A DNA stretch of 64,000 nt from the human T2T-CHM13v2.0 reference genome, Homo sapiens. The translations under genes and the position numbers were made by a program. Each line of letters opens with the position of its first letter. The first letter of the stretch is position 1. The DNA lies in the NCBI RefSeq assembly GCF_009914755.1, contig NC_060935.1; one strand, 5' to 3'. Shown in pieces: positions 46,140 to 61,468 of the stretch. A model generated the notes under the pieces. That model ran no database searches. It was not told where the DNA came from and was given only the letters and a program-made list of their open reading frames with translations.

Positions 46140-46760
46140 CGTTTTTAATATTCAAATAATTATAGATAATAAAAAATTGGCAAAAATAAAAAACAAACCC
46201 TTTATCTAGATTGCACTAATGTAAATACCTTATATAACTATAGTGCAGTTGTGAAAACTAGAAAATTGGTTTTGGTGCAATACCATTCATTACAAAAATA
46301 CAGACCTTATTCAAAATTTACTGTTTTTTCCCTCTATTAGCACTTTGTTCTGCTCCAGGATCATAAATTGCATTTAATTTTTATGTCTCAGTTTACTTCA
46401 ATCTTAGACAATTTCTTAACTTTTCTTGTCTTTCACAACTTGATGTTTTTGAAGAGTAGTGGTCAATTATTTTGTAGAATGTTCCTGAATTTGTATTTGT
46501 CTGATGTTTTTTCATGATTAGACTGATGTCACAAATTTAGACAAAAATATCAAAGACATGTTACATATATCCGTACATCACTTGAGAGAGCACGTGATGG
46601 CATTTCTACCAATAATATTAAACTTTATCATTTGGTTAATGTTTTGTTTTCTGGGGTCCTCCATTGTTAAGCTTGTATTGTGTTCTTTATTATCAATAAA
46701 TGTCCAGGAAAAATACTTTGAGACTATGCAAACGTCTTGTTTCTCTTCACATTTTCATCT
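46140..46760 (-). mobile_element. L1MC-like 3'UTR fragment
   Basis: gtctttcacaacttgatgtttttgaagagtagtggtcaattattttgtagaatgttcc; aaatactttgagactatgcaaa. Confidence 0.75.
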
Positions 46761-47595
46761 AGCTTTTTCTGGTTTATACATTTCTTCATTAGTTTGGCAA
46801 TAGTCTTCTCCATCTGTTGGCTTAGATTGGCATATCACACAGTGGTTAGGATCTTGGTCCCTATAGCTGGACTGTTAGACATATATTATCTTAGCTGTAA
46901 CAATAACACTATGCCTCAGGTGATATTATCATCAATACTTTACAAATAACAAGCTGATCATAGAATAACTTGCCCAACTCATTCAGTAGGTAGTGGGGTC
47001 ATATTTCAAACCCAGGTTGTCTGACTCCAGGGATCATTTGATAAACTACTATTGGTGAACCAACTCCCAAATGAAAGTATTATTATGAACTATACTCAGT
47101 GCCAGGAGGAAATAAAATAGGAAAATATGAAAACATATACCAGTGTGATGTGATCCACTGGGAGCAGGAAGAAATTTTTCCCTAGTTAGATAGCATCCTA
47201 GTAAATACCAAGGACTCAAAATCTCTACTCTCTCCTTTACAACGAGCATAACATTGGACAATTTACTTACGTTCTCTGCCTTAGTGTCCTCATCATTAAA
47301 ATGGAAGTAGTAATTATTTCTATAACATACAGTTTTATAAATATTAAGTAAGGTAATACAGGAAAAGAACTGAAAATATTTAGCATATAGTAAGCATTAA
47401 ATAAATATTTAAAAAATGGAAATGTTGAAGGATCCAAAGGATGAAAAAAAATTTAAAAAATGGAAAATTCCAGTAAAGGGCCTAGGACTCATGAATGGTA
47501 GGAATTATGTTATATTTTAAAGAGCAAAAGAAACCTGGGGTGGTAGGGGTCCTGGAACAGAGCAGCGAGTACAGTGTTGGCAGATGAAGATGTAG

Positions 47596-47986
<391 letters not shown>

Positions 47987-49024
47987 TTTTAACAATTTTA
48001 AAACCAAGCAGTTATGTGATCTGATATCTAGCTTAAAAATTTTCTGGCTATGGTCTAAAACCGACAATGAGGTCTTATCTTAGTATAATTCTGTTTCTGA
48101 ATATAGAATTTTTAAAATTTTAATCCGATTTTTCCAATTTTACCTATGCAATAAATCCATGGCATAGGTTATTTTATTATATGTATTCTATATCAAGAAA
48201 ACAAGGTGCAAAAGATTAAGTATAACAATTCTAAACAATCTCTACATGTACAAACGAGTTGTAAAACACAATTAAATACATGTTTATCTAACTTCGTGGA
48301 CCTAAACTATAAGGTACTTTTCTATAGCTCATATAATCTAATTTGTGGACATGAACCTAATTTATATAAATTATTATAACCTAGTCTAACTACTTCAATC
48401 TTATTTATTATACTAATATTTAGGCAACTGTAAAGATGATCACCATTAAAATATTATGCCAATATTCACCATTACACAGACACCTTAATTTTTTTGTTTT
48501 CAATCCTAATGATTTGGAGATTGACTTTTCTTTAACTCCATATTCATCATATTCTTAGCTTTCTGGTCTGCATTTTTTTCAGATCTCTTTTTCTAGAACC
48601 ATGTTCTAGAGTATAATTAATCATGATTACTGATCTTTAGCCCCTGCAGTTCATAATTTTGTTGCTAAAAATGCTTTTATTTTACTTGGAACAGTCAGAT
48701 TTTTAGAGTGTTTCTTGGCTTATTGGACAGGCCTGTAAAGTGGCTTGAACAAGAGGGCAACATGGAGAGACAGCGGGTTTGGCATTAGAAGTGGCAGCAT
48801 CAGGAGTCTCAGCAGGGGTGACAATATTTCGAGACACTTCACAAGCATCACATCATGAATCCAACCTGTTCAGGTCTCTCTTGCCTAGGGAGGCTGCTTC
48901 TTGATTAATATAAAGTCAAGTGTTTTGTCCTTGTAAGGTTTTACTTAGCAAGCCTGAGGTTAAAGATAAGTTTTCTTTTTATCTGTGAACATGTTATCTT
49001 CCATTTATAGATGGAAGGTTTTTT

Positions 49025-49154
49025 TTCCCCCACGAGTGAAGTTTAGTATGCCAAATCTCTTGATTTAAAAGTTGTTGAAAAGGGAGTATTCCCCACAAGT
49101 GAAGTTTAGTGTGCTAAATCTCTTTTGATGTAAAAGTTGTTGATGAAAAGGGAG
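49025..49154. repeat. Two-copy ~64-bp tandem duplication
   Basis: ttcccc(c)ac(g/a)agtgaagtttagt...aaaagggag at 49025-49086 and 49089-49154. Confidence 0.9.
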
Positions 49155-50094
49155 GAGATAAACAAGAAAAACAAAATGAAATTTTAAATTAAGGTAGAAA
49201 TTTACAGTGAGTGTACATGCCTGGGGATAAAATTGATTTCCTCTTTTATAGTGGGTTTTTAGCATGGAGTAAATTTTATTTTTTCACTGAAGCCGTGTAG
49301 AACATGTGCCAATTCTGGGCCCTTTTAAGGTGCCAGCATAAACAAAATAGAAAAGCCTTTGTTTAATACGCATGAGCAGTTTTGAAGTTGGATATGTTGG
49401 GTCTGTGGCTAGTGTCAGTTCTGCCTGTGTGACCTTAGCCAGTTCATTCAAACTCTTAGAGCGTCAATTGCCTTGGCCATAATTAACTATGTTCTTGACT
49501 CAAGTAGTATACAAACACAGTTTATCTTTGATGATAGAAGTTTATTACTAGGATCTGTGAGGAAAAAATCACTGTACAGGAATCTGTGTTAGCAATTTTA
49601 TAATAACTCACAATGCTGAGTTTCAAAACTACTATGATATGGCTAAAAGATAAATAGAAAAATAATTAAACATCAATGACATATCATTGTACTTTGTTTA
49701 ATGTACTTTGTTTAATATACTTTGTTCAAAAAAGAACATGGAGCAATTTCTTCAGAAGAAGACTGTGTATGTTTTCTTCTTCAAACACGGAGATTAAAAT
49801 ACCAAACTCAAAACTTTACCAGGAAGACTAAAATGTATATGCACTGGATGCACAAACACTTATTAATTATAAAATATCAGGTAAAATGTGAGTGATAGTT
49901 ATATCATTATCAAGAATTGATTTGAAATAATTTTGTGTATTTTCTAATGTTTTATAAGCTGTGATCAAAGATATCTCATTTAACTGATTAAAATGTTTTC
50001 AGTTTTATTTATTACTAGGGTCCCAGTTAGAGTCAGTTTTTAAGTAAAAATAAGATTTTAAGGAAATTAATGACATGATGCTATTCACCCAATA

Positions 50095-50669
50095 CAGTCA
50101 ATTCTCATTATTCATAACTTCTATATTTGCAGATTTACCTATTTACCAAAATTTGTTTGTAACTCCAAAATTAAAATATGTTGTGCTTTCACAGTCATTT
50201 GCAGACAGAGTGAGACATTATATGTGGTCGTGCACACACCTTCCTAGTTGAGATCAAATAAGAGATACTCAGGTACTCTGGCTTCTGGTTTCTGCTCTCA
50301 TACTGTGTCCTTTTGTGCTGTTGTCAAGTTATTCACATTTTGTGCTTTTTGTTGGTAATTCTACTTTTTAAAGTGGCCTGCTTGCATAGTGCTGAAGTGC
50401 TGCTTAGGGTTCCTTAGCTCAGAAAGGCTGGGACGTAACTTACAGAGAAAACACATATGTTAGATAATATTCATTCTGGCATGAGTTACAGTATTGCTGG
50501 CTGTGGGTTCAAAGATAATGAATCAACAATATATATTAATTGTTGTGACCAGAGGCTCGCAGGGACCCAATTCTGTATTTCCCCTAGCAGCCATAGCTCA
50601 GTATTTGCTAATTCATGGTTTGCAGTTGCTTTATAGAACATAACTACCAGGAATAAGAAGAATTGACTG
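50095..50669 (+). mobile_element. MER82 (Tigger family) DNA transposon derivative
   Basis: TIRs cagtcaattctcattattc / gaataagaagaattgactg; TA on the left flank; internal gcatagtgctgaagtgctg and tgttgtgaccagaggctcgcagg. Confidence 0.88.
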
Positions 50670-51589
50670 CACTTATTTCTCCTCCTCTATCTTGTGTTCC
50701 TGCCTGGCATGAAATGAGAGAAGGAGCAAATACATAAAATGCAGAAGAAATTTACCTTCGTGAACTAAGATTCAGGCTTAATTCATGCAACACAAACACT
50801 CCAGCTGCAATCAGAGCAATGAAAGAAAAACTTTTGGGAGGAATGTTGCAGAACAAGGTATAAGAAATGTTGAGACTGGGGAGTTCTCCTCCTCCTCACT
50901 GATTGTGTTACAACTGAATGTGGTGTGTAACTCAAGAGCCATGTTTCAAGTAAGTATTTGCTTGATTGTCTCACCTCAAAGACCATGTTTCTTAAGGGCA
51001 AAGACTATACCTTATGACATCTGAGTTTTTGCAATGCCACGTTAAGATAAAAGCAAAATCATCATCAAAATCTAGTGCCACCTAAAATATTCCCACAGTT
51101 ATTCCTGGCCGCCTAAAATATTCTTCTTCTGCCGCCTAAAATATTCCCACAATTATTCCTGGGAATCCTGGAGGATATTACACATGAGCTCAAGGATACT
51201 TCTGGCTCATTAGATTTACCACCAGACCTAATTTTTTCATTGTTGCTTCTTTGGCTTTGATCCTTTCTCCACGTGTACCACCATGTCTACTGACGCTGTA
51301 TCATTTTCACACATCACTGCTGATTCTGCTGGTTACCGACACTATGCCGCCTTGCTTGGGCAGCATCATCTCCACTTGTAGCACTGTTGATGAATTGGCT
51401 GAATGACTGACTCTACTACTCCCTCTGTTCAACACCATTGCTCTGTTTTTCAGGTACTGCTCTCTCTAGCCAGACATCCTATCCATAAGAAACTTCTATG
51501 TGTCAAGGTTGTGTGATTGTGATGACATGGAATAGAATCCCCTTCTCATGTATTTTATACCTTACTTTAATAGAAAATCACCTCTTAAA

Positions 51590-51712
51590 CCACAGAGATC
51601 ATGAGACCTCTTGGCCTTCCTAATGCATGAGCCAATTCCTATAAGTCTGCTTTTATATATATTTACAAGTATCCTATTGGTTCTATTTCTCTGGAGAACC
51701 ATGAGTAATACA
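51590..51712 (+). mobile_element. MLT2 (ERVL) LTR 3' end
   Basis: tgagccaattcct...tcctattggttctatttctctggagaacc...taataca. Confidence 0.75.
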
Positions 51713-52375
51713 ACCCTCTATATGTCTTATGCACGGCTTTATTTTCTTACCTACAATTTTAACTTGTAATGTCTGTTGAAATCCCTGTCTCCCACTAGAT
51801 TGTGAGCTCCTAGAAGTATGGGGAGCACATTGTAGATGCATAATAGTTTTAATTGAAAGAAAAAATAACTTTTATAGTTAGTAAAGACAAGCAGTACCAG
51901 CGTTTATTTCAAAATAATAAATGTTAAAGAAATTAATCAATTAATTAATACTGCCTAGAGCAGTAATACATATGAGCCAAACAAAACAAAACAACCCACT
52001 AAACCCAACTAGACAAAAGACAATCTTGGCCTCAACTACCTCATCTATAAAATGGTTATGTTTGTTATGAAGATTAAATAAATGTACGTATGTATATACA
52101 TACACACATATACATATATATTGTTTAGAACAATGATTGGCATATTGTGACTGCTCTAAATATTAAATATTATAAATGATCAAAAAAAATTTCAGAAAAA
52201 AAAAATCCCTGCTTTTACTCATTCTCTTATACTAGAAATCTATGGGGAATTTATAGTGAGCAACTAATTGTCAAACATCATGCTATACAAGGAATCTTTT
52301 TCAACTCTGTATTATGACACCTTGTTCTGGGTCCAAAATTGATCGTATGGTATTATGGCTAAGAGTGTAGATTCT

Positions 52376-52686
<311 letters not shown>

Positions 52687-55600
52687 TTATTGACTGTGTT
52701 TGGACATGGACTTTACTACACAGTTGTTGAGTGATCTTTGGCAAATTATTTAACCTCCTTGTGCCTCATATCCCATATGTATAAAATCAATAATACAATG
52801 TTACCAAACATATCACATTGTGTACATGAAATATATACAGTTATTTGTATATCAGTTGTACTTCAATAAAGCTGGTAAAAAATTCAGCCACATAAAATGT
52901 GTACTCCAATAAAAAGTGGTACCACCTGCAGAGATCCATGGGATTAAATTTGCTTGCCTGTGTACATGGGCAGCATTTAAATCAAAATGGCATTATTAAA
53001 TACTCAATGAGTTTTAGTTATTAGTTTTCCTTTAGGATGTGTTCTCACTTCATGCAAATTGATGTGAATTAGATTTACCTCATCAGTTCCCAAGACATGC
53101 CTAGATATGTCTAAACAGTAGGTTTGGACACATACATCACTGACTCTTCCAGCACCTAGCAGCTAGCATATATTAAATGCTCAGAATATGTATGCCAAAT
53201 AAATGATAGGTACAGATATGCAGAAGGCATAAATAGGTGTAGAAAGATTATATGTCACTAATACACTAATATGTCATTAACACTGGTGATTTTAGTAGCA
53301 GAGCCAAGGGAATTCTATCCTGCCTAGTGACAAGCAAAGTTCCTGGCATATTGATGGTGCTCCATAAATACGTCTTAAATTTAAAATGATATCTAACACT
53401 TATTGAATAATTACCCATTCTGTGAACTGTTGAACATCTGTATCTCATTTAACTGTCCTATATAGTTTGTTCTTTTTGCTATTTCCATCTTGTTGATGAA
53501 GAAATTAAGGCAAAGAGTGTGTGTAATCTCTCTTGACAACAAGATGTCTCTCAAGATGACACAGCTAAAATAGGTAGGTGTGGGGAATCACAAGTTGACA
53601 ATCTGCATGTGACAACAGCATAGTCTTATACATTGTTAACAGGAAAAATGCAAATGAATGAATAAATAAATGAAAGTTTAATAAGAGTGTGAATGTTAAG
53701 ACTTGAGTCATTATGTCAACTTGTCTGGATTTGAATAACAACTCCCTTGTTAGTTAAATGATTATGAAAAACCATGTAATTTTACTGTTCTTGTTTCCAT
53801 ATCTTTCGAAAAAGGATAAACATAATATATATCATGTATGTTATAGGTTGCTATGGGTTTAAAAAAAAAAAAAAAGCAAAACACTTATCCAGTGCCTGGT
53901 ACATAGTACATGTTTTAAAAATAGCCACGATTCTCATTTTACTTGTTCTTGATTTTACTATGCTCATATTTCTTATTTTCATATGTTGTTTCCTTACAGG
54001 CAAGGTGAAAAGATTAAATTACATTTATGATACATGTTTATTTTAAAGGTTACCCATTCAAACTAGTTATAAAATAGTTTGATAGTTAAGAATGTAGGTG
54101 TCAGTTCTCTGGAATGCGAGTCAATTGATTGTATAATTATTTAGAGAAATAGGGATTCTATTCAACTATTGTGGACACAAGTGTAACAACAGAATAAATA
54201 CATACCTATACTGTTCAAACAGAGTTTGCTTTTGTAGGAGCTAGAAAATATGAATCAGATTATTCTAAGAAATCTTTGTGTGAGAATAATAGCAAAGCCC
54301 TACAATGTTATTTGCTATGGTCATGTCTGTTCTTACAAAGGGACTTTAAATGACATAGTTTACAAAAATGGCTTAGGACAGAAATAATACATTTACTCCT
54401 GAGAATTATACAGAACAAGAGAATATTTATTTCTCTGTTGTTACCACTTTGATCATTTCCCTTTACAATATAGACATCAGCAAAGATGTCAACCTGAAGC
54501 AAATAATTCAAGATACTTTCTGATTTGGAGTAGAAAGGCAATTGTTCCAAGATGTTCTGAATGTGGTCTGCACAAATGAACAGTTTCTTATGGCAAAAAG
54601 ATTATTATAATAATTCCTGGGCTATAATTGTGAAATTGTGCCATAATTAATACATTTTAGAAATATGAGTTCACATATACTTTGCTGATAGGCTTTTATA
54701 TAAATGGATGTTCTAATTTAAATCTATATTTTAAATTGTGACTGAATTCTTAAAAACTGCAAGTCAACTTAAGCCTGAAATTAAAGGCTCTCATTATACC
54801 TAATCACTGAGATCTGCAACATCACAGTCTTTCAAAATTTATATATAAATATACACGTTTCTTTAGACTACATTCATATTATTAATTGTTAGTTGTATTC
54901 AAATATTTTATTCCTACTACTCTAAGAGCACCTCAGAGAAGGGAACTTGCTTTATTCATCTAAGATCTGTTCCCTTGTTTGGCACATTTGAGATGTGCAA
55001 TATTAATTGAAAGAAAATCAGTAATGTCACAGGTAATCTATGCTTAATAGTAAATTTATGAGCGTTAAGAAAAATTGAAATACTTACTAAAAATACTAAA
55101 CATTGTTCATTATATTAGTTCATATATATTTTTATTTAAACATCTTAATTGTACAAAACATAGGAATGTTCAGGAAGCTTACTGCATCCTATACTTTGGT
55201 AAAGGCACAGCTGGTTCTTCGTGTCACTAATATGATACCTTTTATGATAAATATGACAAAACATCTGTGTCTCTTAAGGCATGGATAGCTTCTCTTATCA
55301 ATAACAGGCACTTCTAGTTGAATCAATACACCAGGAGGCCTATGCAGCTAATTTAAAGTAGTGATGAGTAATATGAAGAATGAGTAAAACAAAGTAAGGG
55401 AATAGAGAGTGAGTAGAATTGTAGTGGGCTTTCTCTTTTTAATAAGGTGGTCAGGGAAAGCCTGTATGAGTAAGAAATATTTAAGTAGAACTCTAAATGA
55501 AGACATGAACAGCACGGTGACAATGTGAAAAGGGAGAACATTCTGGTGAAAGAAACAGAAGTTCAACTCTCTGAGGCAGGAAATAACTCTAATTTCTTAA

Positions 55601-55695
55601 CAAACTTAAGAAATTTCAAGAAGGACAGTGTGATCCAGACAGAGTTAGCATAGCTAAAGCAGGAAGAAGTTTAGGTTAAAAGTTAAATAGTATGA

Positions 55696-56040
<345 letters not shown>

Positions 56041-56284
56041 GACATTGTTTTAAATGTGATAGAAAACCACCAAAATGTTTTGAGTATGGTAGCGAAGTGA
56101 TGTTATTTAAGATTTTAAAAGACTACTTTAACGGGCAGCATGGAGACTGAACTAGATCAGAATTAAACTATTAAGGTGGGCATTGATGTAGATGATGGGA
56201 GAGATGACAACAGCTCAGACAAGGATGGTAGTGGCAACAATGAAGGAAAAAGGTTTGATTCAAGATATACTTTGAAAGTTGATT

Positions 56285-57175
56285 CATCTATGTATCCAAA
56301 AAATAGAATCAGCAGGTCAAAGAGATATCTGCACTCCCATGTCTATTGCAGCATAATTCACAATAGGCAAGAAATATGATCAACCTAAGTGTGCATCAGT
56401 GAATGAATGCATAAAGAAAATGTGGTATGAACACACAATGGATTACTATTCAGTCCTAAACAACAAAGAAATCCTATTATTTGCAACAACATAGATGAAC
56501 CTGGAGGATATTATGTTAAGTGAAGTAAGCCCGCCACAGAAAGACAAACACAGTGTCTTTGGGGGATTGATTCCAGGACCACTATCTCACCCTGTGGTGT
56601 ACAACCAAATCCATGCATATTCAAATTCAGTGTTGGCCCCGAGGAACCCATGTATACCAAAAGTCAGCCCTACTTATGTGCAAGTTTTGCATCCCTGAAT
56701 TACTGTATCTGAGTTTGGTTGAAAAAAGTCTGCATATAAACGGACCTGCACAGTTCACACCCATATTATTCAAGCATCAACTGTATAGCACGTTATCATT
56801 TACACGTGGAATCTAAAAGTCAAACTCATAGAAGCAGAAAGTAGAATGGTGGTTACCAGAGATTGGGGGAGGAAGAAATGGGGAGATATTTGTCAAGAGA
56901 TACAAAATTTTAGTAAGACAAAAGGAGTAAGTTCAAGAGACCTTTTTTACAACATGGTAATTATAGTTAATAACAACGTATTTTATACTCGAAAATTGCT
57001 GAGAGTAAATTTTAAGTGTCTTCATTACAAAAAAAGATTATATTAATATGTGAGGTAATGTATATGTTAATTAGCTTGATTTAGCCATTCCATGCTATAT
57101 ACATATTTCAAAACATCATGATATACACCAGAAATATGTACAATTATTATTTGTCAGTTAAAAATACATTTTTAA
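56285..57175 (+). mobile_element. L1MA 3' end interrupted by MER8
   Basis: aaagagatatctgcactcccatg...atgtgaggtaatgtatatgttaattagcttgatttagccattcc. Confidence 0.9.
56551..56783 (+). mobile_element. MER8 (Tigger family MITE)
   Basis: gggggattgattccaggacc...gaacccatgtataccaaaagtcagccc...ttcaagcatcaactg followed by TA; L1 sequence is contiguous across it. Confidence 0.82.
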
Positions 57176-57422
57176 AAAGTTAATTTGTCAAAATGTATTA
57201 ATTGGGCTCAGGATAAAAGTGGAAAAAAGGAATGAAGGGTGACTTCCGGGTTTGAGCAATTGGACAAATGGTGAATGGCAAGACAGAAAAAACTGGAGCA
57301 GAAATTTGTTTACAGAGAAAAGTAATGTTTTGGTTATGTTAAGACCCTAGAGAGGAAATGTTGGCAGGTATTTAGTTGTAAACTTCTTGAATTCCATGAT
57401 TATTATATACATCAGTCTATAA

Positions 57423-57424
<2 letters not shown>

Positions 57425-57468
<44 letters not shown>

Positions 57469-57735
57469 GTTCTCACTCTGTCACTCAGGCTGGAGTGCTG
57501 TGGCACGATCATGGATCACTGCATCCTCAACTTCCTGGGATCAAGTGTTCTTCAACTTCCCAAGTAGCAGGGACTACAGATGTGTGCAACTTTGCCCAGA
57601 TAATTTTTGTGTTTTTGTAGAGATCGGGTTTCACCGTGTTGCCCAGGCTGGTCTCGAAATTCTGAGCTCAAGCAATTGGCCTGCCTCGGCCTCCCAAAGT
57701 GCTGGGATTACAGGTGTGAACTGCCGCACCCAGCC
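57425..57735 (-). mobile_element. AluJ with a (CA)n microsatellite as tail (57425-57466)
   Basis: AluJ diagnostics (tgttgcccaggctggtctcgaa..ctgagctcaagcaat); TSD cagtctataatttg/caggctataaatttg. Confidence 0.9.
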
Positions 57736-57789
57736 CAGGCTATAAATTTGGAGATCAACTATTTGTAGCTAAACCTGTATGGAATCATA

Positions 57790-58116
57790 AATAAGAAAAA
57801 GAAAGAAAGAGAAAGAAGGAAGGAAGGAAGGAAAAAGAAAGAAAGAGAGAGAAAGAAAGAAAGAAAGAAAGGAGGGAGGGAGGGAAGTAAGAAAGAAAGA
57901 AAGGAGGGAGGGAGGGAAGGAAGGAAGGAAAAGAGAGGGGAAGAAAGAAAGCAAGAGAGAAAGGAAAAGAAAGAAAAGAAAGAAAGAAAGAGAAAAAGAA
58001 AGAAAAGAAAGAAAAAGAAAGAAAAGAAAGAGAAAGAAACAAAACAAGAAAAAAGAAAAAGAGAGAGGGAAGGAGGGAGGAGAGAAAGAGAGAGAGGAGA
58101 AAGAGAAAAAAGAAAG
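57790..58116. repeat. Polypurine (GAAA/GGAA/GGGA) low-complexity tract
   Basis: About 325 nt, nearly all A/G. Confidence 0.95.
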
Positions 58117-59394
58117 ATTATTGGAAAACTGAGCATGAGCTGCTGAGCATTTAGAAATATGAAGAGATACTCCAGCAAAAAACATAAAGTATTAGTAAGA
58201 AGGGAAGGAGGAGAAATATACACGTAATGATACATATAATAAGTCAAGTGAAACAAAATTTCAATAAGGTTGCTAGAAAATTTTCAAATACTACTGAGTC
58301 ATAATAAGATAGAGACTGAGTATTGACCATTAAATTTGACAAATAGTTATTATTGATGATTATCACAATAGTGAATTATGGTGACAATCTTCTTGGAGTA
58401 GAACCAAGCATGAGGTGATAAACTGATATGGAAAGTATTGAATATTCTCTTCATAAGTTTTATATAGAGATAAATATAGAAATAAAGCAGCAGTTGTGAA
58501 AAGATGTCGAGCCACAAAAGATGCTTTATGGTGTTGTGTTTTGGGGATTACCTTCTTTTTATAAATTTTGGATTTTCTCAAGATTAGCTTTTCTTCCTTC
58601 AGTACCATGAATACATATGTTAGCATGTTTAGAAATTCCTCACTCTGGACCTTGAGTCTATGTGGTAGTTTTTCTCAACATTACACCTCTCTAAATCCTA
58701 CATATATCTATCAATAATTATCCTTTCCTGCCTGCCACCTCAGTGAAGCTCTCTTTCATTATTCCACCCATTACAACCATGCTATTAAGTGAAACCTTTT
58801 TATACTTTTAAAAATCTTTTTTTATCCTTATTAACATACTGAATTGCATTATCACCTACTTGCTGACATGTTCACTATATCTAGATCCTTAATGCTGTGG
58901 GCTTCAAAGTCAAATTGCCTGTGTTCAAAGTCTAGTTCTGATATTACCATTTGTGACATCTTTGACAAGTCTTTTATCCTTTCTAAGTTCTCAGTTTTAC
59001 ATACACAATTTAAGGGAAATAATAGTAAGCATATCCCAAACTTATTTTGAGAATTTCGCAAGACACTATGAAAACTACTGGCACAATGTAAATTTCAATA
59101 AGTGCTATTTTTTACTATGTTATATATTTACTTCCTTACATTATTATAAATTCTTAGTTCCCCGATAACTGGATAATGCTTTGTGCTTAACAAGTGGCAG
59201 TTGAATGGAAATAAAATGTACCCACATGTTCATTCATACAATTCATTCAACAATTATCTTTTGGGTGTTTATATCTTCCACTCACTGTTGTAAACACTTC
59301 ATAAACATCAGTGAGCAAAACCACCACCAACAAAAATAACAACAACAACAAAATCCCCCTGTGGCTTTGCTAGAGTATCAGCAAGTTAAGAACA

Positions 59395-59597
59395 GAGAAA
59401 GAAAGAAAGAAAAAGAAAGGAAGGAAGGAAGGAAGGAAGGAAGGAAGGAAGGAAGGAAGGAAGGAAGGAAGGAAAAGAAAAGAAAAGAAGGAAGGAAGGA
59501 AGGAAAGAAAGAGAGAGAGAGGGAGTGGGGGAGTGAGGGAGGAAGGAAGGAAGGAAGAGAGGGAGGGAGGGAGGGAGGGAGGGAGGGAGGGAGAGAA
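59395..59597. repeat. Polypurine tract containing (GGAA)14 (59419-59474) and (GGGA)8 (59561-59592)
   Basis: Counted directly from the sequence. Confidence 0.95.
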
Positions 59598-61143
59598 TAT
59601 TAAAGAATGTAATCACTTACTCACAATTTCCAAAAGCTGAATCTTAAAAAAATAGAAGATTGGGGCAAACCCTGATTAAATTAAAATGAGGCTCTCTATC
59701 CCACAATTACACGGTGCTGAAGTTCTGTATAACATGCAATATACACTTATATTGCCTTTATAACATGTAAGAAGTTCTGATGTCCAAATTATATTTGACC
59801 TCAAAGATTGTAGTCAATTGAACGTGGACTTGTATTATATGATAAAATTTTCAACTGAGTCATTACAGAGTTACTATTTTAAAAAATGTTTATTGGGATG
59901 TTCATTTAAACAAACAATGGAAATGTATCAAAGGTCTGTGTGATGAATGAAGCAACTGAGCTTTGATTTTGGAAAATTTAAATCTAGAAGTTATGATGGG
60001 GCAAAAAAGCATGATTTGTGTTTTAGATTTTAGAAAGCATTTGCAGATAATTTTATTAGAACAAAATCATAAACCAATTTATTCTGGATATTTGTTAAGA
60101 ATTACAAATACAAAACCCAATAACATTTCTTTATGGGGCCCCTTTTTTAAGAAACACAAAATACACATTCTGGTGCAGAGTGGACTTGAAAAGGATTCCA
60201 TACGGAAAAGATTTACTTCAGAAATTAGAGAACAACCTTAGTGACAATGGCTGCTACCCTAACCCAGGAACAATTTTTATTCACATAACTCAAGTTGTGA
60301 AAGAAGGTCTTACTTTTCCTTACAACACTAAAAATGACTTTGCCACCTGCGTCTCACCACATATCTGTAAATAACAGATTGCACCAATTATGTTAGTGTT
60401 CTGTTGCTGTGAATTAAAATAAAATGTAGCAGTAGGAAAGATTTATAGGCAAATGCCTCCTTTAGAGTTCTAAAGCTGATAAGCAGAGAAGTATGAATTA
60501 TTAAACCGAATAGAAGCTTTATGGAAAGGCTTGTAATCAAGCTTTGCTTACACAGAACAAGAAACCTGTGACTAATTTCAAATAATGTTGTTTGCCTAAC
60601 AAAATGGGACATTTAAAGGTCAGCTCTATAATGAAAACCTGATTTCAAAGAAAGGAAACACTGTTACTTTAGTCTTATATTTCATTTAGAAGAGACATCA
60701 TATTGAATAAAATACAGCACAGTGTCACTGGAAGTTAAATGTTTCTGATGGGTAGTTTCGAATGACTTTAAATACTTGATATGCAGTAACAGGAGAAAAC
60801 CTAAAGATTAAACCTTAAAATTGTAAGCGAAGTTTGGATGGCCAAAGTTCAATAAGCACAAGTTTTTACCTTAATTTTTAGTATAACCATACTAATTTCC
60901 AAACATTTGTGTTATTAACTTGGTATGCTTAACTCCTCTTCTCTGCAAATTTCTTGTAGGAAAAATAAATTGAGGCAGTTTATTAACATTGGAGATAGAA
61001 AAGGCATTCAAAATAGTGCAATGTGAGATTTCATATAAATTTAAGCACTATTTTTAGGTTACACTTACTAAGAGAAAAACTTTTTCCCTTTTTTTTTATC
61101 ATGCTACAACTTAACTCTAAGTCAAAACATGTGGAAGACATAA

Positions 61144-61468
<325 letters not shown>

